The notes under the pieces are model-generated. The model made no database searches. It saw nothing but the letters and a program-made list of their open reading frames with translations, and was not told the DNA's origin. Below are positions 9,131 through 21,300 of a DNA stretch of 64,000 nt, one piece after another. A program made the translations under genes and the position numbers. The DNA comes from Thiotrichaceae bacterium (GTDB lineage: Bacteria; Pseudomonadota; Gammaproteobacteria; Eutrophobiales; Eutrophobiaceae): positions 2,711 to 66,710 of the forward strand of contig DUBV01000014.1 of NCBI GenBank assembly GCA_012960105.1. The letters run 5' to 3'. Each line of letters starts with the position of its first letter. Position 1 is the first letter of the stretch.

Positions 9131-9895
9131 CTAAATTTTTCGTAACAACAATACGGCATATTCTGATTTTGAATTAAGTATCACTGGATTAGAAAGGTCA
9201 TAGTATTCATCATAAGCATTAACAACCTCAAATACGGATGTCTTCTTTAGTAATTTTGTTAGTTGCTTCAATGTATAAGTTCTAAGTTGATAAATAGAAG
9301 TGTGACTTTCTTTTTCGCTATTAGTGTTAAGCAACACTTTTAACGTCTCCCTACGTTTCATTTTATCTAGCTCTAACATGGTCATTGCTGACTTAACTGT
9401 TAAACGCCCTCTTCTTGATGTCCACCGAGTTACTTTATTCAACACCGCTTTTTCAGGAATTAAATGTAAACCAAGAATATAGATCCCATTTTTCTTTAAT
9501 GCTTTTGATATTGTAATTAAATGTTGTTCTGCTTGTTTTTCCGACAACAAATGACGGAAGGTATCAACCGTACAAAAAGCACCATCATATTTATTATCTT
9601 TAACATGAAAATCAGCCATGTCGGCATTAAAGATATTCGCTTTAAGTTGATTGCGCTCTAATTTGTCCTTTAGATATGTCAACGCGGTTTCATTCAAATC
9701 AAAACCTGTGCAATCAAAACCTGTTCGAATAAGAGGCACCATCAATCTACCCGTGCCACAAGCAGGCTCCAATATTTTTGGACGTACCCCTTTACAATAT
9801 TGAGAAAAAACATTTTTTAGAAAAGCCAGTTCTTCTCTCATTTCATGTGAAAAAGAGACATCATAATAAGTCGGCAGACTGTACAAATCATCCAT
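9131..9895 (-). CDS. class I SAM-dependent methyltransferase, last gene of the pfa-ole operon
   Basis: Motif I ILEPACGTGRL and post-I acidic residue (GFDLN). The start is 14 nt after the PPTase stop. Confidence 0.7.
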   Translation of the reverse strand: MDDLYSLPTYYDVSFSHEMREELAFLKNVFSQYCKGVRPKILEPACGTGRLMVPLIRTGFDCTGFDLNETALTYLKDKLERNQLKANIFNADMADFHVKDNKYDGAFCTVDTFRHLLSEKQAEQHLITISKALKKNGIYILGLHLIPEKAVLNKVTRWTSRRGRLTVKSAMTMLELDKMKRRETLKVLLNTNSEKESHTSIYQLRTYTLKQLTKLLKKTSVFEVVNAYDEYYDLSNPVILNSKSEYAVLLLRKI

Positions 9896-9909
9896 TATGT
9901 TTTTATAAA

Positions 9910-10632
9910 TTATTGATGAATAATGATATCAATATTATTCTTACAACTCGCCAAGGCCATTTTATAGTTTTCAACATTCATTACGTTATAGCAATACCAT
10001 TGCTCGTTTATTAGTTTTGAAGAATCTATATCAACCTGGCACTTTATATTATCCTCTAGTGAAACAGAAAACCTATCGAGGCCAAAAGCAATACCCTTGC
10101 CTGTTGCTTTAATGAATGATTCTTTTCTTGTCCACGCACGATAAAACGCATCTAATTGTTCATCATTAGTTAAACAAAGCAGTTCTTCATTTTCTTTTTC
10201 ACTAAAGAATCTTTTAGACAATGATTGATAGTCTATTTTATGATTGATTTTCTCAATATCAACACCAACCTTATTATATAATGTTAATGCGACAAGAGCA
10301 TAATTGCCCGAATGTGAGATATTAAATTCAACTGATTTATTATTATATTTTTCTTCTATATATGGCTTTTTATGTTCGCCATAATAAATTTTAATTTCTT
10401 TGGCATCTATATTTAAAGCATGTGACAATAATTTTCTGCACACACCTCTTACAATAATAAATTGTTTTTTCTTTTCTTCGACTTTTAATTGTTCAGCCCT
10501 TACAACTTCATCTTCTGACAAATATGTAATTAGTTGAGAACAATCAAACAAATCTAGTTGTAATAAAAATATGTGTATTTCTGAATCGGATAATTCAATT
10601 CTAGATTCTAATAGCTTTGTAATATTTCTCAT
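9910..10632 (-). CDS. pfaE: Sfp-type 4'-phosphopantetheinyl transferase (PfaE-like)
   Basis: GVDIEKI and WTRKESFIKATGKG motifs. ATGA overlap with the preceding oleD stop. Confidence 0.8.
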   Translation of the reverse strand: MRNITKLLESRIELSDSEIHIFLLQLDLFDCSQLITYLSEDEVVRAEQLKVEEKKKQFIIVRGVCRKLLSHALNIDAKEIKIYYGEHKKPYIEEKYNNKSVEFNISHSGNYALVALTLYNKVGVDIEKINHKIDYQSLSKRFFSEKENEELLCLTNDEQLDAFYRAWTRKESFIKATGKGIAFGLDRFSVSLEDNIKCQVDIDSSKLINEQWYCYNVMNVENYKMALASCKNNIDIIIHQ

Positions 10633-11624
10633 TGAGTAGTATCAAATGCAAGAGATTCTTCAAGGTGTTTCATGCCCTCATCAATGCTAACTAGTGCTTG
10701 ATAGCCTAAATCCTGTTTTGCGGCAGTTAGGTCAAACCAGTGGGAGGTAGAGAGCTGCTTTGCCACAAACCTAGTTAATATTGGCTCGCTTTTAATATTT
10801 AATAATGTATATATTTTTTCCAGAATAAAGCCAATGATATAAGCGATGTTTGCGGGTATGGTTTTAACTACAAATGAGATTTTTGCGGCCACTAATATTT
10901 TATCTACCAAATCTATTAACCGAATTGGTTCGTCATTGCTTATAAAATAAACTTTTCCTGCACAAACAGCATTGTCTCCAAGTTTAGAGGCCGCAAGCAG
11001 ATGTGCTTGCACGGCATTATCGATATAACAAGAATCAATTTTCTTATTATTGTCTACTAATTTTAAACGACCTGATTTTGCTCTATTAATAACTCTTGGA
11101 ACCAGATGCGGATCGGCTGGCCCCCAAATCAAATGCGGTCTTAGAGATACTGTTTTTAGATTATTACTATTTGCATTAATAACAAGTTGTTCTGCTTCTG
11201 CTTTTGTTTTTTGATAGGCATTAAAAAAGTTTTTTACATAAGGTGCTGTCTCGTTAATCCCTTCTTCATCATGACCATCAAAAACAACACTAGGCGTACT
11301 GGTATAAACCAGATATTTAACTTTATTAATTCGACATGCTTCTAAAACATTTTTCGTGGCAATAACATTGGCTTGATAATAATCGTCATAGTCACCCCAG
11401 ACGCCAGCTTTTGCTGCAACATGAAAAATTACATCACATCCGCTAGCGGCTACATTGATATCATCAAGCTTAGTCAAATCTCCTTGTATAGTTTCAGCAC
11501 CAAGTTCTTTTAAAAAAGGATAATTTCCGCGTTGTATTGTTCTAACCGTATCTCCTTTTTCAAGTAATGCTTTAACGATAGCACTGCCAAGAAAGCCACC
11601 ACCACCCGTGACTAAGGCAATCAT
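10629..11624 (-). CDS. oleD: OleD-type NAD(P)H-dependent 3-beta-HSD/SDR reductase
   Basis: Rossmann VTGGGGFLGS and 3-beta-hydroxysteroid-dehydrogenase-like body. Fourth gene of an oleABCD-ordered set. The ATG at 11624 overlaps the oleC TGA (ATGA); the ORF track start at 11645 is an alternative. Confidence 0.8.
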   Translation of the reverse strand: MIALVTGGGGFLGSAIVKALLEKGDTVRTIQRGNYPFLKELGAETIQGDLTKLDDINVAASGCDVIFHVAAKAGVWGDYDDYYQANVIATKNVLEACRINKVKYLVYTSTPSVVFDGHDEEGINETAPYVKNFFNAYQKTKAEAEQLVINANSNNLKTVSLRPHLIWGPADPHLVPRVINRAKSGRLKLVDNNKKIDSCYIDNAVQAHLLAASKLGDNAVCAGKVYFISNDEPIRLIDLVDKILVAAKISFVVKTIPANIAYIIGFILEKIYTLLNIKSEPILTRFVAKQLSTSHWFDLTAAKQDLGYQALVSIDEGMKHLEESLAFDTTQ

Positions 11625-13270
11625 CTTAATTCTTCCGTGGCCCATTTTGACAAAGATTCTCTACCTATCTTGGCATTATGGCGAATATCAACAGGGAAAC
11701 CTGAATGAAATAATATATGTTTAATATTTCTAGTCTCTGGATGACTAGAGCCTATTACCATGAGTTCTTGTATCAAGTCAGCTTTATTGAAGCGTTTATG
11801 CTCCTGTTCCAGTTCAACGCAAATAACCGGTATTATTTCTCCATTGATACGTGCGCCAACCAATGCAGTGCGAAACACAAAAGGATGAGCATTAAATATA
11901 CCTTCACAACAAATGGTAAATAATATTTCAGATTTAGTAATCACACATTGATTCTTACGGCCGCAAAACCAAAGTCGATCTTGACCATCTATATAACCAA
12001 CATCTCCCATACGATGATAAAAACCATCTTCAGAACGTATCTTTGCTAACGCTGTTGCTTTATTACGATTGAAATAAGTACGCGTTACTTGTGAGCCTTT
12101 AACACAGATTTCACCAATTTTATTTACTGGCAATTCCAGTTCATCACTCCATTCGGAAATAACATCGTTATTTAACTTAATAATTCTCATGTCCAGATTG
12201 GAAACAGGTTGGCCGACACAAACACCTTTGCCATTAGCAGTATCCTTAGCAGTCTCTTTTAGTATTTCTTTGCTTCCAATTGAGCTAATCGGTAATGATT
12301 CGGTCGCACCATAAGGTGTAAATATCTGAGCATTATTGTTTAACAATGATTGAAATCTGTTTAGTACAGATGGTGCGACCGGTGCTCCTGCAGACAATAC
12401 ACGTTTTAATGAATCTAACTTTAGACCTTTGTTCTCTGCCCATTTTCCCACACGATTAAGTAAAGCAGGAGAACCAAACATATTAGTACATTTATACTGA
12501 GTGATTGCATCGATAATATTTTTCGGATCGACCGAACCCGGTTTGGTAAAGTCCATCATAGGTATAATTGACGTCATACCCAATGCAGGCGAAAACAAAG
12601 CGAATAAAGGAAAAGTAGCAAGATCAATTTCACCGGGTTGAATATTATAAAGTTGTTTCAATGCATCTACTTGTGCGGTGAAATTAGCATAGGTATAAAC
12701 CACACCTTTAGGTACACCGGTACTACCACTAGTAAAAAGTATCGCCGCAATATCTTCAGCCTTAGTATCAATTAACTTTCGCTGTGATGTCTTTCCAAGT
12801 TTTTTTATTTTGTTAAGATCTGTAACTAATAGATTTAATAATGATTTACTGCCGACAAGAACAGTTTTGCGTATTGTTTTTTTAGACCATCTTAATGCTA
12901 GTCGAGCCGAATGCGCTGTCGCATTACCAATAAAAGCCTCGGGTTCGGCTTCTTGCAAACATTTACCTAGATTTTTAATACCCATACCTGGGTCCACCGC
13001 AACAAGAACTGCCTCTAGTTTAAACAACGCGAAAACCAGTGCAAAAAAATCGAGGCCAGGTTTAACCATTAAAACCGTCCTTGTACCTTTCTTAATACCA
13101 AATTCTTCAAGACCATTTGCAATAAGATCACTGGTTTCGTCTAGTTGCTTATAGGTATAAGCAATATCATAAGGTTTGTTTTTTGATTTATTCTGTTTTA
13201 CAACCGCATATGTATCAGCTTGTTTTTTTGCCATTACTGGCAAATGTGATGCTATATTTGCCGTAATCAT
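11621..13270 (-). CDS. oleC: OleC-type AMP-dependent synthetase (beta-lactone synthetase family)
   Basis: Adenylate-forming motifs (FTSGSTGVPKG; GYIDGQDRLWFCGRK). 549 aa. Located between oleB-like and oleD-like genes. Confidence 0.8.
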   Translation of the reverse strand: MITANIASHLPVMAKKQADTYAVVKQNKSKNKPYDIAYTYKQLDETSDLIANGLEEFGIKKGTRTVLMVKPGLDFFALVFALFKLEAVLVAVDPGMGIKNLGKCLQEAEPEAFIGNATAHSARLALRWSKKTIRKTVLVGSKSLLNLLVTDLNKIKKLGKTSQRKLIDTKAEDIAAILFTSGSTGVPKGVVYTYANFTAQVDALKQLYNIQPGEIDLATFPLFALFSPALGMTSIIPMMDFTKPGSVDPKNIIDAITQYKCTNMFGSPALLNRVGKWAENKGLKLDSLKRVLSAGAPVAPSVLNRFQSLLNNNAQIFTPYGATESLPISSIGSKEILKETAKDTANGKGVCVGQPVSNLDMRIIKLNNDVISEWSDELELPVNKIGEICVKGSQVTRTYFNRNKATALAKIRSEDGFYHRMGDVGYIDGQDRLWFCGRKNQCVITKSEILFTICCEGIFNAHPFVFRTALVGARINGEIIPVICVELEQEHKRFNKADLIQELMVIGSSHPETRNIKHILFHSGFPVDIRHNAKIGRESLSKWATEELR

Positions 13271-13276
13271 TAGAGA

Positions 13277-14164
13277 TTAAACTAAAGGATTATTTTTCAG
13301 GAAAGTTTGAATAAGAGGAATAACTTCATCGCCCGCATCTTCGAGTAAATAATGCCCGGCATCAAATTCATGAAACTTGGCATCCGCCATGCGTTTCTTC
13401 CATTCGTTTAAATAATTAATGTCAAAAACAAAATCATTCAAACCCCAACAAACCAGCATCGGTAATTTTGAAAATTGTTGTAAATTTTTATCTACCTGGT
13501 CAACAACATCATAAGATTCATGTTCTTTATCCAAAGGTATATCTTCAACGAAACGTAAAACAGAAAAACGATGTGCCCAACTATCATAAGGTGAGAGATA
13601 AGCATTTTTTACATCCTTACTCATTGCTTGGCGTGTAACGCATTGAATTACACCACCTCGACAAAACGCATTTAAACCCTGGATCAATAAAGAACCAATC
13701 ACAGGTGTACGACTCAGTTTTAATTGCCAGGGAATTTGTTTCCCTTCGGGAATATGAAAAGCCGCCGTATTTGAAATAACCAAACGTTTAATCTTATCAG
13801 GGTATCTTGTGGCATAAGCCATCCCAATCATGCCGCCCCAGTCGTGAACAATTAAGGTTAAATTATTATCTACATTTAAACTGGACAATAACGCATCAAG
13901 ATCATCAACACGTTGTTTCAACGTAAATTCATATTCACCTTTAATAGGCTTATCCGATAAGCCCATACCAATGTGGTCTGGAACAATACAATGGTATTGA
14001 TTAATCAATGCAGAGAAAAGATGACGATAATAAAATGACCAGCTAGGGTTACCGTGTAACATAACAAGCGTTTCAGATTGCTCATTACCCCCTTCGAGAT
14101 AATGCATTCGCCTGTCATTAATTACTGCATAAGATGAGCTATCTGGGTAATCCGGAAAAGGCAT
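13277..14164 (-). CDS. oleB: OleB-type alpha/beta hydrolase (haloalkane-dehalogenase-like beta-lactone decarboxylase family)
   Basis: HGNPSWSFYYR, the nucleophile-Asp motif VHDWGG and a C-terminal DAGHYLLED His. 295 aa. Confidence 0.8.
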   Translation of the reverse strand: MPFPDYPDSSSYAVINDRRMHYLEGGNEQSETLVMLHGNPSWSFYYRHLFSALINQYHCIVPDHIGMGLSDKPIKGEYEFTLKQRVDDLDALLSSLNVDNNLTLIVHDWGGMIGMAYATRYPDKIKRLVISNTAAFHIPEGKQIPWQLKLSRTPVIGSLLIQGLNAFCRGGVIQCVTRQAMSKDVKNAYLSPYDSWAHRFSVLRFVEDIPLDKEHESYDVVDQVDKNLQQFSKLPMLVCWGLNDFVFDINYLNEWKKRMADAKFHEFDAGHYLLEDAGDEVIPLIQTFLKNNPLV

Positions 14165-14199
14165 AAAAATATTGAAGTAAAAATATAGTTAAATAGTGT

Positions 14200-15399
14200 C
14201 TACCATTCCCAACCAAGCATTAAGCAATTTAAACCACTGCCAATACCCAGGAAACTAACTCTATCGCCTTTTTTGAGAAATTGTCTTTGCTCAGCTATAG
14301 CCGCTGTTAATGGAACAGAAACCGTACCGATATTGCCAAGATATTTATATGTGCTGAAATCTTTCTCAGGATCAATGCCCAATTCTTTTAATATAGTATC
14401 GCGATGACCTTCGCCTACTTGATGGCAAATCACTTTATCAACCTGATCTCTGGCCCAACCCATTCGGGTTAAAAAAGTACCCCAGGTTTTAACACCTAAC
14501 TTGGCACCATGCTTTAAAACAGCAACAGAATCAGTAGACATGAACTCGGATAACGCAGCAGGTAATTTTTCCGAAGGCATAATATTAGCTAATGCAGGCG
14601 GTAATTTCTCACTGGTCATCACATCCTTAATTGCTGTTGGTAAAACTTCAGGTTCCATTACCTGATCAATTGCTGCCAATAACTTATCCGGCGAAAACAT
14701 CAAGTCACCTATCGCTTGCGGTGTTAATGTCACACCCCAACGACAAAGTTCATGAAATTCCGGTGCAGATTGATTCGCGCCACCAAGCAAACGATGCGTA
14801 TCTTTATTATCAAAAGAACCATCCGTCAGTAACACGGCTGCGGCACCTGAACCACCAGTTAAGGTTGCTAAAGATTGAGTAAACATCGTCATACTTTTAT
14901 CATTCAACATCCGCTCAATCATAATTTCAACGATTTCACGAGAACTCTCACAGGACACCACCATACCAGCACGAATTTGTTTCAATTCAATTCGATTGGC
15001 AATATCGATAATGCCATTCATCACACCCAGACAAGCATTGGATATGTCATAAATATTTGCATCTTGACCAATTCCTAATTGGGAAGCGACTGCACAAGCG
15101 GTTGCCGGTTCAAAATTTTCCCGACAAACACCGGTATAAACCAGCGCTTCAATATCTTTCGCCTCAACATTGGATTGCTCCAACGCTTTACGAGCTGCAG
15201 CTGCAGCACCATCAGAAAGCACATGGCCTTTTTCCCACCAACGACGCTCATTAATGCCAGTTAAGGCCTGTAATTGTCCAGGAGCGATATGTAATGCCTC
15301 ATACATCGGTAGCAGACGTTGCTCTAAATCTTCGGAAGTAATGACTACTGGCGGCAATTCATAGCCGATAGATTCCATTTGTACGCGGGAGTATTTCAT
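14200..15399 (-). CDS. oleA: OleA-type thiolase (head-to-head Claisen condensing enzyme) with a repeat insertion
   Basis: Active-site NACLG (Cys123), ICHQVG His and GNIGTVS Asn, plus the OleA-specific Glu in CRENFEPATA. The ATG overlaps the stop of the upstream megasynthase. At 399 aa it is longer than the roughly 340-350 aa I recall for characterised OleA. Confidence 0.8.
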   Translation of the reverse strand: MKYSRVQMESIGYELPPVVITSEDLEQRLLPMYEALHIAPGQLQALTGINERRWWEKGHVLSDGAAAAARKALEQSNVEAKDIEALVYTGVCRENFEPATACAVASQLGIGQDANIYDISNACLGVMNGIIDIANRIELKQIRAGMVVSCESSREIVEIMIERMLNDKSMTMFTQSLATLTGGSGAAAVLLTDGSFDNKDTHRLLGGANQSAPEFHELCRWGVTLTPQAIGDLMFSPDKLLAAIDQVMEPEVLPTAIKDVMTSEKLPPALANIMPSEKLPAALSEFMSTDSVAVLKHGAKLGVKTWGTFLTRMGWARDQVDKVICHQVGEGHRDTILKELGIDPEKDFSTYKYLGNIGTVSVPLTAAIAEQRQFLKKGDRVSFLGIGSGLNCLMLGWEW

Positions 15400-18300
15400 A
15401 GGGCGCTCATTCTAAGCGCAAAATCCTTCATCTGATAGATAATTCGTCCATCTACAGTCAAAAAACCATTGGCAATTATCGTTTTCGACTCATCATCAAT
15501 CTCAGTAATCACGGCCTGTACCGTAACTTGTTCATCTACAGGCAAAATTTGACCTCGATAGACCCATTGATGGCTCTGGTCGAGCGCCATACTATCAAGA
15601 GCAAACTCGCCAATTTCCAGCTCATCCTGCCAACGTTCCCAGGCAAATACCTTCAATAATTGCATAAATGACTCTAATCCTAAGGAACCTGGCCAAACTG
15701 GATCCTCAAAGAAATGTGCTTTAAAAAACCAGGCATCTTCCTTAACACTGGCCTTGCCTTCAATGAAACCAAGACTATTAGGCCCACCTTCGGGGTCGTA
15801 TAAGGAAATTTCATCGACCATGCGCATCATATTTGCAGGCAGTGGTGCATCGACAGGATAAGGAAATGATTGCCCTCTGGATTGCTCCAATTCTGTCGGA
15901 ACATAAGGTTCCGCATCACGTATTCCTATCTGCTCAGCCAAAGCTTGATGCGAGAAGAAACCAAAATTAGTGTTTCCTTTATAAACCATTCCTTGAGAAG
16001 AATGCATTTCGTAATCGTAATTCTGAATAATCATACCGCCTGATTGCGAAACACTGGTCATTTTAACTCGAGTCATCAAAGTACCAATATCAGGAGTGAC
16101 TCGAATAAATTGCGTCGCCCTACCACCCAGATTTCTAAATGAGATATCAATATCACTAGTTAATGCAGAACCTAAATATCCCGCTAACCAACCACACGGT
16201 TGCAAAGCAACTTCAAGCAAAACTGCAAACGGCATATAAGGCTGATTATCTTCTGTGAAATACCATTCATCCACAGGCACATCGTATTCTGCTTCAATAA
16301 CGCCGCCTGCTTTTAGAACCCATTGTTCACAATCTTTGATAGATACAATACGATCAAGAAACTTATAGGGTGGTCCCGGTAAGCGTGCAATCTTACGTTC
16401 ACTATCAAATACTTTATATTTATCACCAAAGGCATCCGAAGGTTTACCAATAGCAAAAGCAAGAATTGACTCGTTATCAAATAAAACTTGTTTTGTTTTC
16501 GTCGATTTCTTATTACTCCAGAGTGCTTCGAGTTTTTCTCGTTTCAAACCACTTAACTGCACCGACATATTCTTCATCTGCACGATCGCACGATGATCGC
16601 CATACATTAACGCTTCTGCTAACACATAAGGTGTACCATCATCTTGGTAGCCAATTTCTTTTAAGGTGATTTCATATTGAACGGCTTTGGTTGTTTCATT
16701 GACCTGACCTCGACATTTCAACTGACTGACTTCATCTATAATAGGTTCATAAACAAATTCATCTTCTTCGCCTATCCAACCCATGCGTAACAAATAAACA
16801 CGTAAGGTATGTAAACAACATTCGTACATTAACGTACCCGGCATCACTCGGTCATCAACAAAGTGACACGTTAAAAACCAATCATCAGCATGAATATCTG
16901 CTTCGCCAGTAATTTGACCGATACCAAAACGACCGCCAGCAGGATCAAGTTTGAGTATGCGATGAACTAAAGTCATTCGACCACTAGGTAAACCCACCGG
17001 TTTATTGAGTTCAATATTTTCAAATGTCTCACCAAAACAAGCAGCTAAATCACCAGTACGTAATGCTGCCAATTGTTCATCGCTATAACTTTCAACCTGC
17101 ATGGAAACTAGCTCTTTCCAATCAGCAGAAAACTTTCCTTGTTCTTGTTGTTTTTCTAAACTTGTTAGTACAATTCCTTTACCGGCATCGAGTTCTTGTT
17201 GCGTAAAGAATCCAGCACACCCTTTCGTCATGGTTAATACTGGTTGTCCATTAGATGTACCGACAAAATTAAAACGAAATAATCGCGTTTCATCCTGACG
17301 AAAGAATTCCTCTATCTCGATATCATATTGAATAGTTTCACCTGCTTTAGGCAGGGAACCATGAAAAGTTATTTTTGCATCAAGTAAACGATAAACAGCT
17401 AAACCTTTTGCGATATGATCAATACCTAAATATCCTGATAAAAATAAATCAGCCTGTCCTGCTTCAACAGCAATACAGGTTGGGATACGTCCCTGATCTA
17501 AATACCATGCTCCCGGCAACACATCATGTTCAGTAATTACACGACCTTTACTACTTGGGTTATGCATTAAGGAATCTGCTTCGCCTTCTATATCTAAAAT
17601 ACGATCAACCAACATCAAAGGTTCATCTGGCAAACGTACTCGTGTGGGGTACTGATCAATATCAGCAAATTGAGAACCAAGCATTTTACCAATCGAGCCG
17701 ATTGCAAACTCCATGCACTGTTCCCTGTCATATAAACACTCAACCTCTTCTGGCACCTGAGCTTGGACTTCTGAAACTACTGGCACCTGTTTAAAATCAA
17801 CATTAGTTAAATCAATATCATCGCCATTCAACAACTGCATTTGCATATTAATCGCTTGCGTAATTGTCTCCGTCATTCCCTGACTCACACGTAAAAATGT
17901 TTCCTGTGCTTGAGAACGTGCTAGTTCGGTTTGCTGCATTTGCTGAATGATTGGATTGAAATCACCATTCGCAACCTTGGAAAAACTAGACAAGGGCAAT
18001 GGTATAACACTCTCGGCAGCTTCAATCTTTTTGCTTTCTAATTCACTTACTTCTGGCTTTGTATCTTGTTGCGTATTCGGTGGCATAGGTATTTTGAAAG
18101 CTTCACCGCCGGTCTTCACACTAATATAGTTTTTATACTCAGCTTTTTGTTTCTTTTCATTAACATCTAATTTTGACAAATCAACAGCAACACCTTCGGC
18201 ATAAAGTCGTGCAAGTAACTGCAGCACATTATCAACACTGTCTTGTCCTTTAACACAAACTGCTTTTGCATGATGAGGTTTGTTGCTATCGCTTTGGTCA

Positions 18301-21300
18301 AGAATTTGATCAATCATTCTTGTACATGATCCACCCGGCCCCATTTCTATGAATACGCGTACACCATCGTCATAAGCGCTATTAATAACTTTTGTATAAT
18401 CAAAATGTGATAATGCCTGATCAAGAATTGAATCTGCAGCAGAGTCTTGAGTGACTTCATAAGCACCACCACGAATACCACTATAAAAAGTAATCCCTGC
18501 TGGCGGTGTCGTTTCAAATATATGTAAATCTCGATAGGACTTTGCTACCGGTTTGGCCACTTCACAATGCACCGTCGTTACACCCGATAACGGATGATAC
18601 TGAGCGTTCAGTTCTTTAACAGCTTTATTTAATTCAGTCTTGTCACCACCAATAATGCATTCATTTGGTGTATTAATAATTAATAAATAAACACGTTGGT
18701 ATTTTTCTAATACAGTTTTAACGTTATCCGCACTGGTATTAATCACGCCTAATGCCCAATCTATTGGCTCGTCAGTATCCCATGCTTTTTGTACTGAAGT
18801 ACACGCGCCAGCAAGCTCTTCGGTAAACAAAGTACTTTGTTGAATACGTTTCAACATTTCGTCACGTGCCGTCCAGGTACGCGTTGAGAAAAAGCCTGCC
18901 GTTTCACCAAGACTATAACCAATGATCGCATTAGGCTTCACACCAAAATTAGCAACAACATCGCTAACAAACGTACCTAACCAGACTTGACCGAAGATGA
19001 CTTCTTCATGGCTTAATTCTTCGCCATGATTGTCCTCATTATCCTGGTTATTCCAAAAACGGCCTTTTGCAAATTGAGAAGCGAGCGCTTCATTTTCTTC
19101 ATTCAACTGTTCCAATACTTCAGGAAAAGCAACACCAAGTTCTTGTCCCATACCATAGAAATGACTTCCTGATCCCGGATAAACAAAAGCAATTTTGCCT
19201 GATTCAGTTAAAGGAGATGCTGAATAAAAACAGCGGCCATTATCAATGGAAGAATTATTTTCTATTGCTGCAATAACTTCTTTGCGTGCTAAATTAAATT
19301 CATTCTCATTCTTAATCAAGAATGCAACGCGAATTTTTCCATTCGCATCATCTTGAACACCACCATAAAACAACAAAGATTGAAGTTTATTAATTAATTC
19401 ACTTTTATCTTTTGCCGATACAGAAATAATCTTCGAGCTAATATTTTTAACACTCGTATTAACCTGGTTTTTTTTCTGGGCTTCCTGTAAAACAACACTA
19501 ATACAATTACCATCGATACTGGCACTATTCACTAAACTTTGTCGTGGTCCATCAATACGATCCTTTAACCAGTAACGTGCTTGTGAATTATTTCCATTTG
19601 GTAATACGCAATGATGTAAAGCACTTACGGTACTGGCAACACTCATCAATCCATTCGCAGCACCAGAATGTCCAAAAGGAAACGTGTTAGTTACGACGTT
19701 TTGTAATACGGGAATATCAGAAGAGATATCACCTGCGGCATAACTCACAGCGTCAATTTCATTTAAATGACACTTTGCATCTGAACAGGCATTTTGAATA
19801 GCGGCAATCTGCGCCGTTTGATCCGGTCTTGCATCACAACCACCCGCAGAGGCAACACCAATACCTTTAATCAAAGCATATACAGTATCGTTATCACGTA
19901 GTGCATCTTCATGACGTTTTAAAATAAAGGCCGTTGCACCATCAGCAACAACAGACTTGCCATAATAATCGACCTGCCCTTTAACAGCTCTCAAATCACT
20001 TGCTAAATCAACAGCACCAACAATTACTTGATCGAGTTCTTGTTGTTGTAATGCACGCACACCTGATTCCAATGCACGCATCCCAGAAGTCTCTTCTGCT
20101 GAAACTGTGAAAGCCGGACCACCGATACGGAAAGCTCGTGCAATACGACTGGCAACGATACCGCCTAAAGCTCCCATCGTACGATTGGCAGTTAATGCTG
20201 GACCAAAAGCTTGTTTAAGCTTCTCAACCCATTCAGTTAGTTCAGTATCAGTTAATGTTATACCTAATGATTTTAACCACCCACCTGCATATTTTTTCTG
20301 CATCCAACGAAAATGAAAGTTCGTTGTATTTAAATCAAGTGCTATTCCAATGAATACACCCGTTCTACATTGTTGTTCTGTAGATAATTCTGAAAGACCA
20401 GCATCTTCCAAAGCATTCGCAGCAACTTCAAGCATAAGTAATTGCTGCGGCAACATCTCTTTTAATTCCGCAGGAGGGATTCGATAACGACCTAAGGGGA
20501 CATTAACTTCATTGATTAAATTTCCTTCAATCACTTTACTATCTACACCCCAGCAATTATTGGGATGCGTCGCCTTTTTATCAGAACCAAATAATTGTGC
20601 TTCATCAAACGCTTGCTGATCATTCCATGGCCCCAAACGTGATTCCATACCAACGATAGCAATGTCTACTTGTTTCGTTTCAATAGCCGCTGCAGGTGAA
20701 GTTTTATCTGTCTCAGGCAAGTACTCTTGTAACAATACGTGAGCATTAATTCCCCCAAAGCCGAAACCACTAATCGCAGCGCGACGAGGAGTATTATCTT
20801 CGACATTCCATGACTCGGGTTTATCCAATACTTTGAATGGACTATTGGCTAAATCTATTTTACTCGAAGGATTTTCATAATTAGCTGTTGGTGGTAACAC
20901 ACCGTGCTTCATTGCTAACAAGGTTTTCATTAATGCGGCAGCACCGGCCGCTGTTAATAAATGACCGACATTACTTTTGACGGAACCAATAACACATTCA
21001 CCCCCAATATCAACACCTACATCATTCCGTTGCCAAAGATTATTTAATGATGTGAACTCAACACCGTCACCCACAGGTGTGCCAGTACCATGACATTCAA
21101 TAAGTTGTACCTGATCCGGTTTCCAACCTGCCTGAGTATAAGCAGATTGCATCGCGCGACCCTGACCTTCGGTATCCGGCGACATGATATTACCTTCGAT
21201 ATCATTGGAAAGACCTATGCCTTCTATAGTCGCGTAAATATGATCCTCTTGTTCTATTGCATCACTTAACCGCTTCAGTACAAAAATACCTGCGCCCTCA

